Source: a virus | Taxonomy: Duplodnaviria; Caudoviricetes | IMG/VR virus record: IMGVR_UViG_3300031992_000021 | Location: 1-64,000 of that record | Length of the DNA: 64,000 nt | Strand: one strand, 5' to 3' | Shown: one piece after another, positions 46,744 through 56,493 of the stretch | How the letters are laid out: the number at the start of each line of letters is the position of its first letter | How positions within the stretch are numbered: position 1 is the stretch's first letter | The notes under the pieces: model-generated | The model's database searches: none | Seen by the model: only the letters and a program-made list of their open reading frames with translations | What the model was told of the DNA's origin: nothing | Made by a program: the position numbers and the translations under genes

Positions 46744-47880
46744 TTAGTCCTCCTTTTCCCCGGAATCTCCTTTTCCGCCTTCGTCTTCGTCGTCTTCAAC
46801 GTCGGTCACTCCGTCGGTGAAATCCTTGATCGTCTTCTTGAGATGGGACGATTCGGGCGACTTGAGGCTGATGATCGTGACGGACAGCTTCTTGGGGCTT
46901 ATCTTGCCGTCTTCCATCATGCCGTCCACCATATCCTTAGGAAGCACCTTCTCGAAGAGCGACCTCGGAAGTCCGGCAAGTGCTTTTGCCGAGAACGTGT
47001 CGCCACCCATCGGGACGGCGTCGTCAACGACCTCCTTCATGGCGCTCAGCGGAATGTCGAACACAACCTCCTCCGGGGCGCAGAACTTGCGTCCATAGCA
47101 GTCGTCGATGCCGGTTATCTCGTCCATGCCGGCAATCGCGTCGAACAGACCTTCGCGGTTCCTGTCGAGATCCTCGTCAGAGCATACGCAAACCTCCTTG
47201 GCGAACTTGCACAGCTCCGAGGCCATCTTGTACGTCCCGCGGCGCATGAGTTCGTTTGCGCGGAAAAGCAGGTTCTCGGCAAGCGTCTCGCGGTTCGGAA
47301 AACCGTCGCCGGCGGAGAGGCGAACCTGCTCTGCGGCCTTGACGCCGTATTCGGCGCACTTCTTCAGGATGTTCTTCGCGATAGACATGCGGCGCTCGTG
47401 CCCGTACTTGTACGCGTTGCGGGAGAAGAACTCGCTGGCAAGCTCTGCGCCCTTCTTGTCGAAGACGGGATATCCCTTGTGGTCTGGATCGCAGTAGTTG
47501 CCTGGATCCTCGGCCTTTTTCTCGGTCTCATCAGATGCCGACGATGCAATCTTGGACATGAGATCGTCGACTTCCTTTCCGATTCCGTAGATGTCTGCCG
47601 CACGCTTGATGCGGGAAAGCACGAAGTCATGCTCGACCTTGGAGTATCCGCATTCGGACGCGGTCTTCGCGAAATAGCCGGCCGAGGCCCAGGTATTGGC
47701 CTTGTCCGTAAGAGGGAACCTCCTGTGGACGCGGTCTGCGAAAGACGTATCGGGAAGGGCTTCGGCCTCCTTGCAGTCCACAAGAGTGCCGTCGACCAGA
47801 TAGTCAGGCATGCCGGCTTCCCCTGCCGTCTTTACGATGCCCCACAAGGTGCGAAGCGAATTGTCGGTTGTAGAGTCCAT
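46744..47880 (-). CDS. hypothetical protein with internal duplicated domain (possibly head-associated)
   Basis: Two similar segments (FAD....RFPL...SA.YF / YCD....YPV...AS.FF). Confidence 0.75.
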   Translation of the reverse strand: MDSTTDNSLRTLWGIVKTAGEAGMPDYLVDGTLVDCKEAEALPDTSFADRVHRRFPLTDKANTWASAGYFAKTASECGYSKVEHDFVLSRIKRAADIYGIGKEVDDLMSKIASSASDETEKKAEDPGNYCDPDHKGYPVFDKKGAELASEFFSRNAYKYGHERRMSIAKNILKKCAEYGVKAAEQVRLSAGDGFPNRETLAENLLFRANELMRRGTYKMASELCKFAKEVCVCSDEDLDRNREGLFDAIAGMDEITGIDDCYGRKFCAPEEVVFDIPLSAMKEVVDDAVPMGGDTFSAKALAGLPRSLFEKVLPKDMVDGMMEDGKISPKKLSVTIISLKSPESSHLKKTIKDFTDGVTDVEDDEDEGGKGDSGEKED

Positions 47881-47993
47881 AGGGTCCTGTTCTCCTTAGA
47901 TTCTTTTGAGTTGGTAATATAATATCATTTTAGAGTTGAGGCGGCAATGTCGCCTTTGTTGATAAATGACTGTGCGTGTGGTAGAATATCTGC

Positions 47994-48206
47994 ATGAACA
48001 TCGTCTCAAAATCACCGCTACGCTACTTTCAGCGCCATGGCAGAGGACGCCACGACGCGATCGACTACGCAAGGGCTGGCAGGAAGGACCCGTTCCGAAA
48101 CGGGCAGGTATGCTTCCAGCCGCGGCTTGGGATGCACCTCAACACGATCGACCGCATGATATCCAAGCCGTGCGAGACGAAGAAAAAGCTCAGGAATATG
48201 TACTAA
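47994..48206 (+). CDS. small hypothetical protein (probably leaderless)
   Basis: 70 aa; TGGTAGAAT ends 6 nt before the ATG. Confidence 0.55.
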   Translation: MNIVSKSPLRYFQRHGRGRHDAIDYARAGRKDPFRNGQVCFQPRLGMHLNTIDRMISKPCETKKKLRNMY

Positions 48207-48224
48207 ATTCTCAAGGAGCTCGAA

Positions 48225-48464
48225 ATGCCAGCAAAATCCAAGTCGCAGCAGAGGCTGTTCGGTATAGTCCATGCAATCCAGAAAGGCGAAGTACGCCCAG
48301 GACGGTTCTCCAAGAAGATCCGCGACATGGCGAAAAGGGTTGATCCAGGAGACGCAAAGGACTTTGCGTCAACCAAGACAAAGGGTCTCCCGGAGAAAAA
48401 GGCGTCGTATCTCGAAAGGGCTTTCGCCCTCGGCTTCCTCTCCGGGATGTCGGATTCCGTTTAG
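48225..48464 (+). CDS. small basic phage protein (DUF3008-like)
   Basis: MPAKSKSQQRLFG...FASTK.KGLPEK; AAGGAG RBS. Confidence 0.75.
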   Translation: MPAKSKSQQRLFGIVHAIQKGEVRPGRFSKKIRDMAKRVDPGDAKDFASTKTKGLPEKKASYLERAFALGFLSGMSDSV

Positions 48465-48742
48465 GACTTCCGGACTTTCCTGAAGGCATTGTTTTCCTTC
48501 AGGATGGCCGAGACGCGCCTGTCGTCCATGTGGATGGATCTGGCGATCTTCCGGATGTTGTATCCCTGCCTGCGGAGGTTGAGGATCGTTTCTTCCGTCA
48601 TGCAGTCGATAATGGTGTTCGCCGCACGGAAGATGTTGATGAAGTCCAGATTGTTCCTTTTCTCCATCGCCTTGAGAAGCTTCATGGACTTCTCGATCTG
48701 CTCAACGTCCTTCTTTGGATATCTGCCTTTGTTGGTGTACAT
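48461..48742 (-). CDS. HTH DNA-binding protein
   Basis: I..LRRQG..IRKIA..I......VS.IL. Confidence 0.7.
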   Translation of the reverse strand: MYTNKGRYPKKDVEQIEKSMKLLKAMEKRNNLDFINIFRAANTIIDCMTEETILNLRRQGYNIRKIARSIHMDDRRVSAILKENNAFRKVRKS

Positions 48743-48766
48743 GACTTGCTCCTTTTTTGTGATACA

Positions 48767-49135
48767 TCACTTCTCTTCGACTACAGCCTGCTCGTCCTGA
48801 GCCTCTGAAGACCTCTGCTTCTTAGACTGCCTGGCGTTCTTGTCTCGCTCCTTCTTGAGCGCGTCCTTGAGAGAGTCAACCTCTGCAGCGAACTCTCTCT
48901 TGATCCGGGCAATCTCGGCGTTGAGCCTGTCGATGTCCTTGTTCGCGGATTCGAGCGACGCCATGGCGGCAGAAAGATTGGCGTTGAGTTCGTTCACCTT
49001 TCGCCTGTATTCCATGATCTGCTCGTGCTGGCGCATTGCATCTCCGTGGAGATTGAGCGCCGCGATCCTCGGCTTGGTCGGAGACATAGGCGGCTTTTTC
49101 GAGCCTCCGATGTCTATTACTGCATCTATCACCAT
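48767..49135 (-). CDS. coiled-coil protein
   Basis: 122 aa with heptad pattern, AGGAGG RBS. Confidence 0.7.
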   Translation of the reverse strand: MVIDAVIDIGGSKKPPMSPTKPRIAALNLHGDAMRQHEQIMEYRRKVNELNANLSAAMASLESANKDIDRLNAEIARIKREFAAEVDSLKDALKKERDKNARQSKKQRSSEAQDEQAVVEEK

Positions 49136-49159
49136 GTTCTCTTCCTCCTGTTTGGCATG

Positions 49160-51049
49160 TTAGTACGTGAAGTGTTCAGATTTGTTCTTCGAGAGGGGCT
49201 GTCCCCAGTCGCCGAACTCGACGCCCTTTGCGATGCCGGGGTATGGTTCGGTAGAGTGGAGATGCGACTTCGCTCCGCGGGCTACGTCCTCCTGAAGCCT
49301 GCTCTTGAGGTATGTCGTTCCGAGACGCGCCATCCAGTCCGGCTTCTCGGCGTTCGAGTCCTCGATTCGCTCCATGAACGGCGTCACGTCGGGCTGCGTG
49401 TCGTTCACCATCATGCGGTCGACCTTGAACTTCTTCATGGTCTTGATGACCGAAGGCGTGATGCGCGTGCCGATCGTGTAATGCAGGACCGGCTGCTCAA
49501 GGTATTTTCCGATGGAAGCTACAGTAGGCGCAACAATTGCCGAGTTGCTCCTCGGCTTGAACCCGTTGGACCAGCGCGTGTAGGTGACGACATCGCCAGG
49601 AAGCCCTTCGCCGGCTTCGTCCTCGTTGTTGAGCCGCACGGTATTCATGACCGTCCTGGCAAGCACCTCGGCGTTTCTGCGGTTCGCCGCCATGCCAGAG
49701 TCTCGGATCGCCTGCGTGAAGCGGTTTGCCCAGTAGCGCCGAGCCTCGCCGATTCCCTTGTACTTCACGAGCTCCGAGGGGTCGATGACGCCGTCTGAAA
49801 TCTGGTCGCCGGCCTCAAGCTCATCCCCAACCTTGACTTCGAGTTCGTAGCCAGGCGCGACGTAGTGGCGCTTCTCCTCGCCCTTCTGGTCGGTCACGAA
49901 AATGTAGGTTCCTCCCTGAGGGGCGTCTTCAATCTTGGACACCGTGCCGTCTACCGACGAAATCGTTGCGCGATCGGGAAATACCTTCGGCACCTTGGCA
50001 AGCGATGTGAACATGTTGAAGCCCTGATAAGTGCCTTTTCCGGTGGTTTTCTTTCCTGAATGTTTGACATTCAGTGCCCCTTGGGTTATTCTTTCGGCAA
50101 ATGCGGACGCTGCGTTAGTGCCCAGATTGTACCCAATCGGCGGGAATCCGCCGGTTTCGCGGATGCCTGCGCACTTTGAGCATACACCATCCTTGCAGCC
50201 ACACGTGACAGGCGATCTGACGACGATCTCGTCGTGCCTCTTGTCCTTGCGGAGGTCGGAAAGTACGTTTTTGGTGATGACCGTGCCGGCTTCGTATCCG
50301 CCGGCCGGCCTTGCGAGTACGGCTCCGATGTTGTCATCGTCGTCAACCTTGACCGGAAGGCCTCCATCGGTTTCGCAGTCGTCCTCCGTTACGACCTGAG
50401 CGATCGCAGATGCGCTGAGGAGCTTTCCAAACGCGCCGCCCTTTGCGGTAGCCGTCTTGGTCGATACGACGCCCGTTCTGGCGCCGAAGCTGCCGGCCCA
50501 GTATTCTGCCGGCGACAGACCCTCGGCGAACGAGTGGCGTATAAACATCGGAACCATCTTGCCTGACGGGTCGGAATACGTGCCTGGCGTGGAGATGAAC
50601 GCCGCGAGCTGGGTTTTGTTTCCCCTAGCCTTTGAGGCCACCTGGAGGGCGAGCTGGTTCTTGCGTGCGAGTTCGGAGTTGTACGTCTCCTCCATGATTC
50701 GGCTGTTGGCCTTCTCATAGAGTTTCTCGACCATCTCGGTCTTCTGCGCATCTGTAAGGTTCTTGTCGTTACGTATCTGGGCCTCTGCGATATCGAGGGC
50801 CTGAAGAATGGGACGCTTGTCGTACGATGGGCGGAGGTCGGAGAGGCGGATCGTGGTGCCGGTATCGTAGGCCGCGGCGTTCCCGATGTCCATGAGCCGC
50901 TTCGTGACGCCGGCGTAGGAATCCGGGTCTTCGCGGGCTATGGCTTCGAGAACCTCCTCGATGCCCTTCGAGTCCATCACCCTCCCGTAGTCGCGGAAGC
51001 GAGGCGGGAGGGCGTCGTTTACTAGCACCTGTCCGATCGTCGTGAGCAT
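49160..51049 (-). CDS. rpoC: DNA-directed RNA polymerase beta' C-terminal half (split subunit, RpoC2-like)
   Basis: TTIGQVL.N..LP start, SKARG, bridge helix SF.EGLS..EY.....GAR.G...T...TA..G, zinc site EDDC..RSPVTC....VCSKC.G, trigger loop AA....E..TQ..L...H.G. No NADFDGD motif. Confidence 0.9.
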   Translation of the reverse strand: MLTTIGQVLVNDALPPRFRDYGRVMDSKGIEEVLEAIAREDPDSYAGVTKRLMDIGNAAAYDTGTTIRLSDLRPSYDKRPILQALDIAEAQIRNDKNLTDAQKTEMVEKLYEKANSRIMEETYNSELARKNQLALQVASKARGNKTQLAAFISTPGTYSDPSGKMVPMFIRHSFAEGLSPAEYWAGSFGARTGVVSTKTATAKGGAFGKLLSASAIAQVVTEDDCETDGGLPVKVDDDDNIGAVLARPAGGYEAGTVITKNVLSDLRKDKRHDEIVVRSPVTCGCKDGVCSKCAGIRETGGFPPIGYNLGTNAASAFAERITQGALNVKHSGKKTTGKGTYQGFNMFTSLAKVPKVFPDRATISSVDGTVSKIEDAPQGGTYIFVTDQKGEEKRHYVAPGYELEVKVGDELEAGDQISDGVIDPSELVKYKGIGEARRYWANRFTQAIRDSGMAANRRNAEVLARTVMNTVRLNNEDEAGEGLPGDVVTYTRWSNGFKPRSNSAIVAPTVASIGKYLEQPVLHYTIGTRITPSVIKTMKKFKVDRMMVNDTQPDVTPFMERIEDSNAEKPDWMARLGTTYLKSRLQEDVARGAKSHLHSTEPYPGIAKGVEFGDWGQPLSKNKSEHFTY

Positions 51050-51059
51050 GCGAACTGCC

Positions 51060-51638
51060 TTATCGGGTAAGCCCCATGTCGCCTAGAGCCTCGACAACTG
51101 CCGCCTTGATGTCGGCAGAACCAGGTGCGGCAGCCTGAGCAGGTGCGGCAGCCTCCGGAGCCACGCCGGGGCCGAGCATCTTCGAGACGCCGGCAAGCTT
51201 CTTGATGAGATCGATGAGCTGGCCGATCGTGATCGTGATGGTAGGCTCGGTAGCCCCGCCTGCACCGGCCGCGGCGGCATCTGGAGCAGGGGCGGCCGCA
51301 GGGGCGCCAATCATCCCGGCAGTTGCCGGATCGACACCCATCGGAGCACCTCCGGCCATTGCCGCGAGCATGGCAGGATCCATTCCGGCCATTGCCGGAT
51401 CCACTGGAGCTCCGCCTGCGGCAGGATCTCCAGCAGGCGGCATTCCGCCGGCCATAGCAGGGTCTACAGGTGCGCCTCCGGCAGCCTGGTCGGCAGGTGC
51501 GCCTCCTGCGGCAGGGTCGCCGGCGGGCGCCCCTCCAGGCATCTGCACAAAAGACTGCTTAAGCGCCTCTGCGCGTTTAACGAGGTCCTTCTTGGCCTCT
51601 TCCAGCTGACTCCAGTCAAACTTTTCAGACTCTGCCAT
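51060..51638 (-). CDS. Ala/Gly/Pro-rich low-complexity protein
   Basis: DPA(A/M)(A)GG repeats; AAAGGAG RBS. Confidence 0.75.
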   Translation of the reverse strand: MAESEKFDWSQLEEAKKDLVKRAEALKQSFVQMPGGAPAGDPAAGGAPADQAAGGAPVDPAMAGGMPPAGDPAAGGAPVDPAMAGMDPAMLAAMAGGAPMGVDPATAGMIGAPAAAPAPDAAAAGAGGATEPTITITIGQLIDLIKKLAGVSKMLGPGVAPEAAAPAQAAAPGSADIKAAVVEALGDMGLTR

Positions 51639-52587
51639 CTTTTTCTCCTTTGGTTTTGATCTGTTTGATCAATCTTTGCATTCCTCTTGCTATTGTATCA
51701 AAAAAACTGCCAGAGGGCATCCCTGCGTACGCCGGAAGACCGACAGTAGGGTCGTGATTCCGCCTTCTGCCGCATATTGCCCCGTATCCGGTATCTGAAT
51801 CCCATCCTGGAGATCCGACATCTCTCGATATCGTGCGAAGTGCGGCCATTACAGACTTCATGCTTGAATCAGGCCTGTCAAAACGTCCGTATTCGTCTTT
51901 TCGATCGATCTTGTCGGCAAGCAGCAATGCCGCCAGACCGGTTACGATGGCGGCAGAGAACGATGTCCCTTTCACCTCCTTGACCTTACCGGAAACACCT
52001 ATAACCGGAAGATCAACGCCAGGAGCCACGAAATCAACCTCGCCGACGCTCGAGAAAGACGTCTTCAGTCCGTCTTCTCTTGAAGATCCGACGCTGATAG
52101 TTGTCGGAAGGGCTGCAGGCCAGTTTACCGGCCCTGAATCGTTTCCTGCGGCGCATATGACAGTCTTTCCTGCGTCGAATGCCGCCTTGCAGGCAATTTC
52201 GAGCTCATACGGACATTTTTCCGTGCGAAGGAATCCAAGCGACAGGTTGATGATGTCGACGTCTTCCTCGATCGCCCTGTATATTCCGCGTGAAACAGAT
52301 TTTACACTTCCGCATCCTTTCGAGTCGAGAACTTTGATGAATACAGGGATCACATACTCGCAAAGTCCTACTATCCCTCCTCCTCCCAATAGGATGCTGG
52401 CTATCTCGGTGGCATGTCCGAACTCGTCAGGATTGTCACGGTATTCATCTGCAAGGCATTCGTTCCATCCTCCGCGAAGAACGCCTGGCCGAGGCACTCC
52501 AGAGTCAAGAACGGCGATTCTTATGCCATCTCCGAAATGCGACGACGCCGAGAGGCGACTCACACCCATGAAGTTGCCGTAATTCAC
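51625..52587 (-). CDS. subtilisin-family (S8) serine protease
   Basis: IAVLDSG (D), GHATEIA (H), AAGN, GTSFSA (S). Confidence 0.92.
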   Translation of the reverse strand: MNYGNFMGVSRLSASSHFGDGIRIAVLDSGVPRPGVLRGGWNECLADEYRDNPDEFGHATEIASILLGGGGIVGLCEYVIPVFIKVLDSKGCGSVKSVSRGIYRAIEEDVDIINLSLGFLRTEKCPYELEIACKAAFDAGKTVICAAGNDSGPVNWPAALPTTISVGSSREDGLKTSFSSVGEVDFVAPGVDLPVIGVSGKVKEVKGTSFSAAIVTGLAALLLADKIDRKDEYGRFDRPDSSMKSVMAALRTISRDVGSPGWDSDTGYGAICGRRRNHDPTVGLPAYAGMPSGSFFDTIARGMQRLIKQIKTKGEKDGRV

Positions 52588-52595
52588 GACGGACC

Positions 52596-52925
52596 TCAGA
52601 ACTGCTTCAGTATCAGCTGTCTCGTGGCTGGATTAACCGCCCTGATGTAAAAAGTCTGGTCTTCGCCGATTCCAAGGTACTTCTTGAGCACCTTTGCTCG
52701 ATCATCGGGAAGTCTCGACGCGATTGCCGCGAAATTTCCGTCGATGTTGGCATGAAGCCTGCGCTTGTTGCACGTATTGCACCCCTTCTTGGCCTTCACG
52801 TCGATGTGCATCGTGGCAATCTGCGCCCTTATGGACGCAAATTCCGGCATCAGCTGAAAGAATCCGCTGTCAGCCACGGCCTTTGATACGTGGCTGCCTC
52901 CAAGCATAACTCCTGGTTTTGACAT
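52596..52925 (-). CDS. hypothetical protein with CxxC
   Basis: ORF trimmed to MSKPGV (GGGAGGAG RBS); GCNTC. Confidence 0.7.
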   Translation of the reverse strand: MSKPGVMLGGSHVSKAVADSGFFQLMPEFASIRAQIATMHIDVKAKKGCNTCNKRRLHANIDGNFAAIASRLPDDRAKVLKKYLGIGEDQTFYIRAVNPATRQLILKQF

Positions 52926-52945
52926 AGCTCCTCCCTGAAATGCAT

Positions 52946-53269
52946 CTACTTTTTGTTCCTGTAGGCCGACAGCGGCCAGTCTACCGGCAGGCACACGGTG
53001 TCTATCGCCGCCTCGCATGCAGTATCGACCCATCCGATCAGCCCAACGGGTATCGTGAACAGGTTCTCCCACATGAAGTGCTCGCCTCCCGTCGGAGACA
53101 TGATCTGCGGAAACGTCAGCACGTACGAGAAGCCGGCGGCGGTCTTTGTAGCCTGGTACACCTCGGTTATGTCCTCGTTGTCGAGAACCCTGTTCACGAA
53201 GTTCACGCATCCGCACATGAAAGACATCGATGCGCAGACGAGCATTGCGATAAGACGGAATGTTCTCAT
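52946..53269 (-). CDS. YceK/YidQ-like lipoprotein
   Basis: Lipobox-like MCGC; Y.AT; D......DT..LP.DW. Confidence 0.7.
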   Translation of the reverse strand: MRTFRLIAMLVCASMSFMCGCVNFVNRVLDNEDITEVYQATKTAAGFSYVLTFPQIMSPTGGEHFMWENLFTIPVGLIGWVDTACEAAIDTVCLPVDWPLSAYRNKK

Positions 53270-53685
53270 GACGCCTCCTGTTTAACGGATCCGTTACCGG
53301 TGAACTCAAGCGTCGTCTGGTCGGTGAAGTTGTCTTCACTCGTCAAAATGCTGAACGTGCGCTGAAGCCCGGATATGTCGTCCACGAAGAGCTGCTTTGC
53401 CGTAGCGAGGTCATCCAGAGACCTCACCCATACCGTGCACTTGTCCGTCCTGAACCACGGAACGGTCTCGGAGGCGGCGTCTTCCGGAATCTCATGCAGG
53501 TCCACGGGCGTTGCCACATGATCGAACTCGGCAAACGTATTTCCGTCAGCTCCAGCAGGCATCTGGTGGAACACGAAAATCTTTGTGGAGATTTTTGACG
53601 CAGAAACGACCTCAACGTGGAGGGCGTACTGAAAAACTCCGCGCCTTTCTGGAGACTGACTGAACCTTACCTTGAGTCCGCACAT
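53266..53685 (-). CDS. hypothetical protein
   Basis: 139 aa, GAGGA RBS. Confidence 0.75.
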   Translation of the reverse strand: MCGLKVRFSQSPERRGVFQYALHVEVVSASKISTKIFVFHQMPAGADGNTFAEFDHVATPVDLHEIPEDAASETVPWFRTDKCTVWVRSLDDLATAKQLFVDDISGLQRTFSILTSEDNFTDQTTLEFTGNGSVKQEAS

Positions 53686-53694
53686 GGCATTTCC

Positions 53695-54252
53695 TCAGTT
53701 GGACACACCGCATATCTTCTCAAGAAACTCGAAGTGGCCTGAAATGAATACGAGAAGAATTACGAATATGAATGCGTTGAACGCTATGAGCGGATGCTCT
53801 GAAATGAACTTGGAGAACGTCTTTGGGCTGCTCGACTTTGATTTGGACGATGAGTTCGACGAACTGTCGCATCCTGAACTTTCGATTGTGGTCTTGATGC
53901 TGCTGAGGCCTGCGCGGAGCTCCTGCTGAAGTGCCTCGAAGTCCCTTGCGTTGATCTTCTTGATCTCGTCGCATTCGCGCTTGTATTCGTCCCTTGTGAG
54001 ACGCATTTCTCTCCGCAGCGCGTCATACGTCCTCTCCTGTGCGCATGTGAGCTCGAACAGATTCTCCGCAGTCTTCTGGACCTTCTCGTCCTGCGTAAGG
54101 CCATTGCACCCATCCATCGACGCCTCCACCCTGGCTATCCTATGCTCCAGCTCCTCGGAGTCGTCGATGTCATCGCCGTACTTTTCGTAAAATTTCTGCA
54201 TCCCGTCGATCGTTCGGCGGGCTTCAGCGCGGATTCTGTCCGATATTGCCAC
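53695..54252 (-). CDS. coiled-coil protein with C-terminal transmembrane helix
   Basis: 185 aa, AAGGAGG RBS before GTG. Confidence 0.75.
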   Translation of the reverse strand: MAISDRIRAEARRTIDGMQKFYEKYGDDIDDSEELEHRIARVEASMDGCNGLTQDEKVQKTAENLFELTCAQERTYDALRREMRLTRDEYKRECDEIKKINARDFEALQQELRAGLSSIKTTIESSGCDSSSNSSSKSKSSSPKTFSKFISEHPLIAFNAFIFVILLVFISGHFEFLEKICGVSN

Positions 54253-54305
54253 TTTCGCCTCCTTGTATGAGGTTGATGATAAATAGATGATGTGGCATTA
54301 TTATA

Positions 54306-56465
54306 TCATTGTAAACGCCTTGTGCGCAAGGACTGGAGCACCCTCTCCCTAAGCGTTTTTCTCGTTTCCGACGATGCTGGACTTGGCAGCTTCCTGACAG
54401 GAAATACAGGTTTCTCCGCATCCTGTACGGTCTGAGGCCCGAACCTTACCGAACGCATGGATTCAGGGTTCGACATGTATGCGCTCACAACCTTTGCCGA
54501 CTCCAGTGAACGACGGCTTTCAACAGGGACATAGTCTGTTCCGTTGCAGGTCGCCGACCTCCATCTCTCTATGATGTCCCGCCACACGGTGCGCCATCCG
54601 CGCACGCCGAACAGGCGGAGCTCCTCCGCCCTCGACACTTCACCAAGCATGCTGTGCCACATCGGGTTCTCGCGTATCCGCGCCGACACCGACAGTATGT
54701 CTGCAGTCTCGGCAGGACGTGCTGGCGAAGGGTCGTCGTCGACCAGCCTGTATTCTCTGTTTTCTGCTTCCGTCGGCTTCTTCCTGTCAGGAGGTGGAAG
54801 CTGTGGGCGACGGACTATTGCCTTGAAAGGTTTCGTTGTCTTCGAGGAATCAGACTGCACCTCAAAGCGGCACCTTTCCGGAAACAGCGACTTCATGACC
54901 TTGAGAGCCGCAGGAAACGAAGGGTCGTGATACGCCACATGGGTGGCATCTGGAATATCGCCTTCGTCTCCGGTAAGGAAAACGTGGTCGAAATCCGGTC
55001 GCCCTTCAGTCTCGGCAAAGTTGTAGTATCCTGATGCTATTATCGTATCCTGTCTGCGCTCGTATCCGCACCAGCGTGCGTATTCGATGAACTTGTCGCG
55101 GTCCATCGGCATCCAGATGTGCGGCTGGAAGTAGTAGACCTTCGACGCATCAAGTCCGATCGCCTTCCTGCGCCTCACCTCGCGCTCAAGCGTATCGCGC
55201 AGCCTGTCGTGCCACACACGCTTCTTGAGGGCGTACCAGTTGTCCTTAGACGAGTACCTGCGGAGGTATCGCGGCGCGAAGTCGTCCCATGTGCACTCCC
55301 TGGTCTGGAACTGGTCGTCTGAACAGAAGAGGATTCGCTTGGCGATTCCTGGCTGCTCGCAGGCGTGGCGGAGCTTGTCGATGATGTTTGCGTCCTTGGC
55401 GTGCCCGAAGCGGTCCGGCCACTGGAGGTGCTTCACAATGCTCTTGTCCACCCACGGGGGGCAGTATCCGCAGATGTACACGTCGCGGACGAACTTGCAG
55501 TTGTTTGCGAGGCTCCTGAGCGCATAGCGTAGCTCCTCGTTGTTGCTTACCGAGTCTGTTCCGATGACAAACACCGCGTCGACAGGCTCTTCCTTCTTTC
55601 CCTTCTTGGCGACTTTTGCCGACTTTGCCGACTTCTTCTGCATGGCTATCTCGAACGGCGCCTTTGGAAGACTTTCGGCCTTTGCGGCCCAGTGTTTCTT
55701 CACCTCTCCTCCGTTTCGCTGGGTCGTGTAGTGGAGAAGCTTTCCGAACCAGTTCCTCGGAATCTGCGAGAGCGTCTTGCAGTTGTCCTGCCAGTTCCTG
55801 ATGGAGAAGTCGCAGAATCCATCTCTCCACGCGGCGTTGTGCTGGTAGAGGTATCCGAACACGATCTCGTCATCTTCAACCGGGAAGTCCTTGCCAAGCT
55901 CCTCGGAAAGGCGCCTGTTGGCTTCGCCGTGGAAGAACACGAGGGAGTTCCAGCACACCTTGTCTCCGGTATCTATGTTCGACCGGTAGAAGCGTGCAGG
56001 GTGGCGGTTGTCGATGCTGTCCGGGTAGTAGAACTGGGTGAAGATGAAGCCTGGGGCCATTTCTGCGGCCTCAAAGCATTCGTCGATGTTGCCAGTCACT
56101 TCCGCGTCGTCGTCTATCCAGGCCCATGACTTTGGCGCGAGCCTTGTGGCCACGGCGTGCAAAATGCTCTTCTTCGAGTACCATCCCACGTTCTTTCGTA
56201 CTGCGCGTTCGGACAGACGTTCAGACGCCTTCCACTCCTTTGAGCAGTCGAATACGAGACCTCCGCTGAACTTCGCTGCGGACTTGCAGTATTCCATGTC
56301 GCCGTCCTTCCAGTCTCCTTCGGGGCCTGGCACGATGACGAGCGGCGTGGTGTTCCCTGTGGCGAAGTACGCCCTTATCCACGGCCTTATGAAGGCGTGG
56401 CGCGGCGATACGACGACGCACCGGTTCAATATATCGGTTTTTCTCTTTTTGGATCTGGTCTTCAT
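54306..56465 (-). CDS. glycosyltransferase (GT-A-like) fused to Stealth-family phosphotransferase domain
   Basis: N-half W.KK..., WIDDDAE (DxD), NS.V.F; middle VDAV...ELRYALRSL......R.VYI.G..P.W...F.SDDQF. Confidence 0.75.
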   Translation of the reverse strand: MKTRSKKRKTDILNRCVVVSPRHAFIRPWIRAYFATGNTTPLVIVPGPEGDWKDGDMEYCKSAAKFSGGLVFDCSKEWKASERLSERAVRKNVGWYSKKSILHAVATRLAPKSWAWIDDDAEVTGNIDECFEAAEMAPGFIFTQFYYPDSIDNRHPARFYRSNIDTGDKVCWNSLVFFHGEANRRLSEELGKDFPVEDDEIVFGYLYQHNAAWRDGFCDFSIRNWQDNCKTLSQIPRNWFGKLLHYTTQRNGGEVKKHWAAKAESLPKAPFEIAMQKKSAKSAKVAKKGKKEEPVDAVFVIGTDSVSNNEELRYALRSLANNCKFVRDVYICGYCPPWVDKSIVKHLQWPDRFGHAKDANIIDKLRHACEQPGIAKRILFCSDDQFQTRECTWDDFAPRYLRRYSSKDNWYALKKRVWHDRLRDTLEREVRRRKAIGLDASKVYYFQPHIWMPMDRDKFIEYARWCGYERRQDTIIASGYYNFAETEGRPDFDHVFLTGDEGDIPDATHVAYHDPSFPAALKVMKSLFPERCRFEVQSDSSKTTKPFKAIVRRPQLPPPDRKKPTEAENREYRLVDDDPSPARPAETADILSVSARIRENPMWHSMLGEVSRAEELRLFGVRGWRTVWRDIIERWRSATCNGTDYVPVESRRSLESAKVVSAYMSNPESMRSVRFGPQTVQDAEKPVFPVRKLPSPASSETRKTLRERVLQSLRTRRLQ

Positions 56466-56493
56466 TGTGCTCTTCCTTTCGTTGACAAAATTG

